Positions 58,501 to 64,000 of a stretch of 64,000 nucleotides of DNA are shown here, piece by piece (position 1 is the first letter of the stretch; each line of letters starts with the position of its first letter). The stretch comes from Octopus sinensis. Taxonomy: Eukaryota. The notes under the pieces are model-generated. The model was given only the letters and a program-made list of their open reading frames with translations. It ran no database searches and was not told where the DNA came from. The stretch spans positions 115,692,001 through 115,756,000 of the forward strand of contig NC_043001.1 in the NCBI RefSeq assembly GCF_006345805.1, given 5' to 3'. The translations under genes and the position numbers were made by a program.

Positions 58501-58998
58501 CAACCAGATGGATTCAGATGAAACTTTCATGGATGTTTGGCCTCATGACTGGCATAAACTGATTAGATTTTGGGATCAATCTGGTACTGGACAAGGATTC
58601 TAGATTATTTGTTATATTTACTTAAGTATTACGATCTTATGTTGAATTTTAAGTCTTTCTCTGATTATCTCCCTTGAAAGCACACCCATGGTTTCCACAT
58701 GAGTTATGACAGTGTTGTTGCTTCCAAAGTTTTATTTTGTTTCTCTAATATTAATTTTACTCGCATCTCTATTTTAGTAGAAACAGATGGACAAAGAAAT
58801 CAAACAACATAAACAAATGGCAGCAAAACTGCTCAGAAATTAAACAACACTAAAATATTTAGTAACAATAATAAATTTAATTTATCCTTGATAATTTTTA
58901 GTTTTACCTATTTTGAATATATAGCTCCTGTTCAAAACCTCTTACCTACTTGGCAATTGCATTTCTAGCTCTGCCTTGAAGGAAGCTTTACTTCTTGA

Positions 58999-59160
58999 AC
59001 TCACATTTTTGTGTGCAAAGATGTTGTTAAACCTCCGTTAACAGCACCGTATGCAGGTCCTTTCTATTTTCTTTCATACATGGATAAATTTTTCACTATA
59101 GACCTTAATGGTCATTAAGACACTATATTAGTGGATAGACTAAAAAAGGCTTTCATAGAG
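58999..59160 (+). mobile_element. Gypsy LTR-retrotransposon integrase C-terminal (GPY/F) remnant
   Basis: THIFVCKDVVKPPLTAPYAGPF...KFFTIDLNGH*DTILVDRLKKAFIE. Confidence 0.75.
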
Positions 59161-59538
59161 AAAACTGTTCCTGTTCCCACTGCAGACAACACGAATGCAG
59201 CATTACAAATATGGCCCCACACACCCACCTTCACATTCCATGACTACCATTGGGATCGATCAGGTAGTGGATAGGGATTCTGGATTAATTTTCCGTATTT
59301 TTTACTTAATTTTTGAGAGCAATCAGGTTAATTTTTAGTATTTTCGTTCGTGAGAGCAGTTGAGTTTATTTCAGATATTCTCATTTTAAAAATCCTCTCC
59401 ATTGAGAGGACGTTAGTGTTGCCTTGGTGGAGATTTGTGCTCTTGTTTAATATTCATATTTATATTTAAATTTAATAATAATGATAATAATCAATTAAAT
59501 TATATAAGAGTAAAAGTAGATGATTAAAATATATAATA

Positions 59539-60097
59539 TCTTAATATAAAAAAATACCCTGTCTGTGTGTGTCCTCAATGCATGCTCAAAGTTCTGAATC
59601 AATTTGTACCATACTTGGGGTACATGAATAATTTGACCTTGGAAAGAATAATGCAATCTTGATTTATTTTTTGTTTTTTAAAATAAATAATATTGCTCTA
59701 TAGAAAAGATTCACTTGTTCAAATCGTTTCCTCAACTTCCTGTGCTTGAACTTCCAGTCTTTGATGTCCTAACCAGATATCTACACACACATGTATGTAT
59801 ACATCATTACAGTTGTGATGATTTCTGACAAAAAGAATTTCTAAAGGTACTTTCATGTCAGAAAAATAATTTCATACGGAGACAGACACCATTTTTTCAG
59901 TTAATTAAATGAGGTACTATATACTGTACATTAATTTTCCAAAACATATTTTGGCCATTTTGGGAACAAGTGGCTTTATTAAGACTTGATATTTCACATT
60001 TAAATCCCATGTGATTATTCTTGATGCAAATCAGCTAATTAACACTTTCACTTAATTGTATTGTCAATGTCAACATAGTAACTAAGTAAACAGCTAC

Positions 60098-60155
<58 letters not shown>

Positions 60156-60276
60156 AGGCATACATCATTACAGTTGTGACGATTTCAGATAAAAAACAAA
60201 TTCTAAATTCACTTACATTTTGTATTTTCTTCTCTGGCTTTCTATTTGTGTAAGATGTATACTTATGTGAGTGTAT

Positions 60277-60360
<84 letters not shown>

Positions 60361-61997
60361 AAGAGAATATGCAAAAAATCTACTTTTAGACTTTTTAATA
60401 CACCCACTCTTTAACTTTTCAATTTTTTTCTTGAAATTTTACAACTAGGGTTAAGGGTTATATACAGGGTTAAGGGTTATATACAGGTGCACAAACGCAC
60501 AAAACGGAGAAACAGAAACAAATATGGATAACTTGTTCTGAAACATCCCCCAGTGGGGAATAGTTCACAAAAATAATCTCCAATTGTTTTCCTCCCAAAT
60601 CCTATATGGATGGAATCTACATACTTCAAGGTATATTTGTATTAAAGAATATCCATTTTCTGAAAGTTAAGACAAATTCAAGTGGATTCCGGTGAATTTT
60701 CCGAAAGTCCTCCTCCAACCCCTGCTAAAATACTTTTCCCCCAAAATTTGTATGTTGGGAATCTACGTGATATAACACATATTCATAAAACATTTCATTA
60801 AAAAATATCCATTTTTCTGAAAGTTATCATCATCCAAAGTTGGTGTGGAGGGGCAGAAAGCCTGTGGTGAGATGGTACCAACTGTCAATGATCTCATAAT
60901 GCATGTGCTCCCAAACACTGCACAAAACTTTAGCAACAGTCAATGGCTCTGTGAGCGAGCCAACTTAGTACCATGTAATGATGCTATTAACAAAATCGAC
61001 TGGGATCTCTTGTAGCTGTTGCCTGGACAATAATAGTCTTTCAAACTAAGTTCTTGAACTCTCTACAGCCATCTGGGATGCTGCCTCATCACTTAACACT
61101 TAAAAAGGAGGCCCCAATCATGCTGCTCAGGAATCTGGAATCACCTCGACTGTGCAATGGCACCTGACTGGTGGTGAAAGTGATGTGATTCCATGTCCCG
61201 GAAGCAATAATTATGACTAGGAACTATAAGGGTGAGGATGTCTTCATTCCACAGATCCTGTTAATCCCACATGACATCCCCTTTGAATGGTTCCAGCTCC
61301 CAGTGAAACTAAGTTTCACTATGTTAATAAATAAGGACAGCCTCTCTTGTTGAACTTCACCTTGCTTCTCGCATGGGCAATTATATGTAGGATGTTCGCA
61401 GGTTGGAAGTCCTCCAAATCTTTTCATTTATACACCAATTACAGGACACACTCTAAACATCATATATTTAGAAGATCTAGATAATTAAACTGTGACTGAT
61501 TGCTGGATTTGTTTCAATACATTTGTTTATACTCACATCATCACATAGAATTTTTATTAAATGTACTTATTAACAGGAGGAGAGTGCCTGCAGACTGGTT
61601 CTTCTAAAATTTATGCATTTTCAGGTTCAATGCATTTCAAATAAGTACTGATAATTGAAGGTGATTGCAAAGACAAAGAACTACCTGGTCTTTAACAGTT
61701 CTAACAGTGAAAACATTGGATAAAACATGTCATTGACATTAATAGTTTGTACCTCAGCTAATTACTGTTGAGAACTGCATAATCCAGGTTTCACTTTAGT
61801 TAGAGATTTAAAAGGCATATTTAAATTTCATTATTTCCAATAACCTGAGAAACGGCAGGCTGTTAATGTATAAAGTTGGTATCTCAGCTACTAGGAGGTA
61901 AGACCAGTGTAGTCTATGTTTCATGTTTGAGATCTGAAAGGTATTTTTAAATTTCATTATTTTCTTAAACCTGGGCAACAGTAGGTATTTCAGCTGG
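59539..61997 (+). mobile_element. Degraded Helitron with PIF1 helicase C-terminal remnant (about 60930-61470)
   Basis: WLCERANLVP..LNSLQPSGMLPHHLTLKKEAPIMLLRNL..CNGT..FSHGQLYVGCS; putative A|TC start at 59539; CTGG|T end at 61994-61998. Confidence 0.7.
60100..60358. repeat. (CA)n 60100-60152 and (TG)n 60270-60358 microsatellites, representative of many (TA)n/(CA)n tracts in the window
   Basis: Direct reading. Confidence 0.95.
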
Positions 61998-62660
61998 TAA
62001 TAAAATTAAATAAGGCAGCAGAAATAATGAATATAGAATAAATAAGATAAGAATAAAAATTAGAAATAAAGGGAAAGTTTATGTGGGAATTCATGCACAA
62101 GTATACATCTGTGTGTGTATATGCATACATGGATTACATTGAGGGGCACTCCATTGGTTATGATGACAAAAGTCCTAGCTGATATGATCGACAGGACAGC
62201 ATGCTCATGAAATTAATGTGCAAGTGGCTGAGCACTCCACAGACATGTGTACCCTTAACGTAGTTCTCAGGGAGATTCAGCATGACATACAGGTGTTACT
62301 CATTTTTGCCAGCTGAGTGAACTGGAGCAACGTGAAATAAAGTGTCTTGCTCAAGGACACAATGCGTCACCAGGAATTGAACTTATGATCTTATGATCAT
62401 GAACTGAATGCCCTAACCACTAAGCCATGTGCCTTTACTATGGATTATATAGATGGATTATATTATGTGTATATGTTTACATGGATAACATTGTTGGTAT
62501 TTATAAAATAAGGTAAATAAGTAAGCAGAAATAAGGAGTAAAGAATAAATAAAAATATAAAGGTGAAATAAATTTGCTTATGTGGTTATTTTTATTCATA
62601 ATTAATTAATTCATTCATTATTTCTGCCTACTTATTTATGTTATTTTATTATATATTTTA

Positions 62661-64000
62661 CTAGCAGTATAGCCCGGTATTGCCCGGAATTAAGTTAGGA
62701 TTATAAAGTGATCAAGTGCTTTATTTCAAACCAAAATAAGTGACACCAACATCGAATTTGAGTGAAATCCATTGAAATTGGTATACTTTTGGCTGAAAAT
62801 GGGTTGCAGGCAATTTGATTATGAAATCCCATAAGGAATTGGTTTATCGATTATTTCTATTCAGCGATTGTTTATTTATTTTTTTTGAGAACTTACAACA
62901 TTCTAAGATTCCATGGGTCCTAAGTAATGTTGGCTTCAAGTTTGGGGAAAATATGTCAAAATATGTGAAAGTTATGGTTGAAAATGGGGTGTAGCCAATT
63001 TTAGTAGGAAATCCTATAAGGAACTGGTTCATCAATTTTTTATCCTGAATGAATGGAAAACCCCAAATGGATGGCGAAGCATGATCTCACTGGGAACTGT
63101 GATCTGAGGAGGTTAAATGGCATGTCTGACCCTGAGGGATAAAGCTGCATCCTTGAAATTAAAATATTTTCACCCCACCCACACCCTGTAATAATGGTGG
63201 CCTCAGTCAAGTGGGGCGTCAGAGACTTGATTACTAAGCAGGTCCTGTTGCGCTGTTTAGGCGGAAGCAAGTTTCTAAATAGCATAATTGGGCATCCAAC
63301 CCTTAGCCTAAGAATGTGAGTGGAAGCCATGATGGCTCCAATGAGTTGAGAAACTCGATAGAGTAAATGGCAATGTCTTGGGGGTCAGAGATCTGGTCAA
63401 TTGATTTGTAGATGCACTCCTCACCTGGAATTCAGCTTATGAGCTGGTCGTTGATAGCCCTGACAGCTACGTTTTTTGGGGCCAGGATGGTTCTTTCACT
63501 GAGCCAATTGATGTCTGCATAATTACTTTCCAGATTGGGGAACACTGTTTCCGAAAGATTGGAAGGGTTGTCCACAGTGTTGCACAGTTCAGAGATGGAT
63601 ATGTCACCCCTATAATTCCTTGGGAACTTGCCTTCTCCAAGGGTTAAAATGACTTCAGTAAATGCTGCCGACGTGCTATCACCAAGCAAGTGTGCACACA
63701 TGTTTGCGCTTAGACTTAAGGTCTTAATCTGGAGCCACAACATCGATGACTTAAGGCATGCAAGCACTTCATCAGCCCGGCTCCCTTTAGGGATGACAGG
63801 AAGTGTTTGCCAGAAATCTCCTGAAAGCAATAGAGTTACACCACTCATAGAAGCTGTAGAATCCCTAATACCTTTCAGTGACCGGTCCAGTGCCTCAAGG
63901 GCAACCTTACTGGTCATTGTGCATTCGTCCCATACAATGAGATGGCACTAAGAACTTCATTTTCCTCTGAAATTTTGCCAATCTTGCAAGTAGGAACCTC
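62661..64000 (-). mobile_element. Helitron 3' part with PIF1 helicase remnant, running off the window
   Basis: LEALDRSL..GVTLLLSGDFWQTLPVIPKGS..WLSERTILAPKN (63432..63917); HILRLRVGCPIMLFRNL (63040..63330); CCGG-loop-CCGG hairpin then CTAG (62661-62664) followed by T. Confidence 0.85.

Overview
Eukaryotic, AT-rich, microsatellite-rich DNA. The SINE, RTE, Penelope and Helitron repertoire looks like an octopus/cephalopod genome, which is my recognition and not a database result. The window holds the 3' part of one spliced gene on the minus strand, most of whose exons the ORF track misses. It has three Ig-domain exons (50211-50459, 44863-45111 with a GC donor, 39723-40031), a transmembrane exon (32191-32297), a 17-nt microexon (19620-19636), four short symmetric phase-1 exons each carrying tyrosine motifs (9258-9299, 7427-7468, 1654-1713, 1393-1434) and a probable terminal exon (864-877). 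Spliced, this gives an Ig-superfamily single-pass receptor with a non-catalytic tail: KRRTSSAKGTEDNYVTISDEALSTENNYATIPDEALTNEEQYAEASGPSYLELKPADMKISYVNVSRKPDDIPI*. Two of the Tyr exons arose by local tandem duplication. One phase mismatch (Ig3 to TM) is unresolved, and the 5' end of the gene was not found in the window. The introns are filled with transposons: a young Penelope-like element with an inverted 320-bp terminal repeat carrying a hammerhead ribozyme (one copy intact, one with a core deletion), further Penelope remnants, a full-length Tc1-like element, two full-length mariners, RTE, CR1 and R4-like LINE pieces, Chapaev3, Gypsy and Helitron remnants, and many SINEs. There is also a 3.5-kb, indel-free 98-bp minisatellite expanded inside a SINE. 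No CRISPR, rRNA or genuine tRNA genes were found. Transposon boundaries without TIR/TSD support are approximate.
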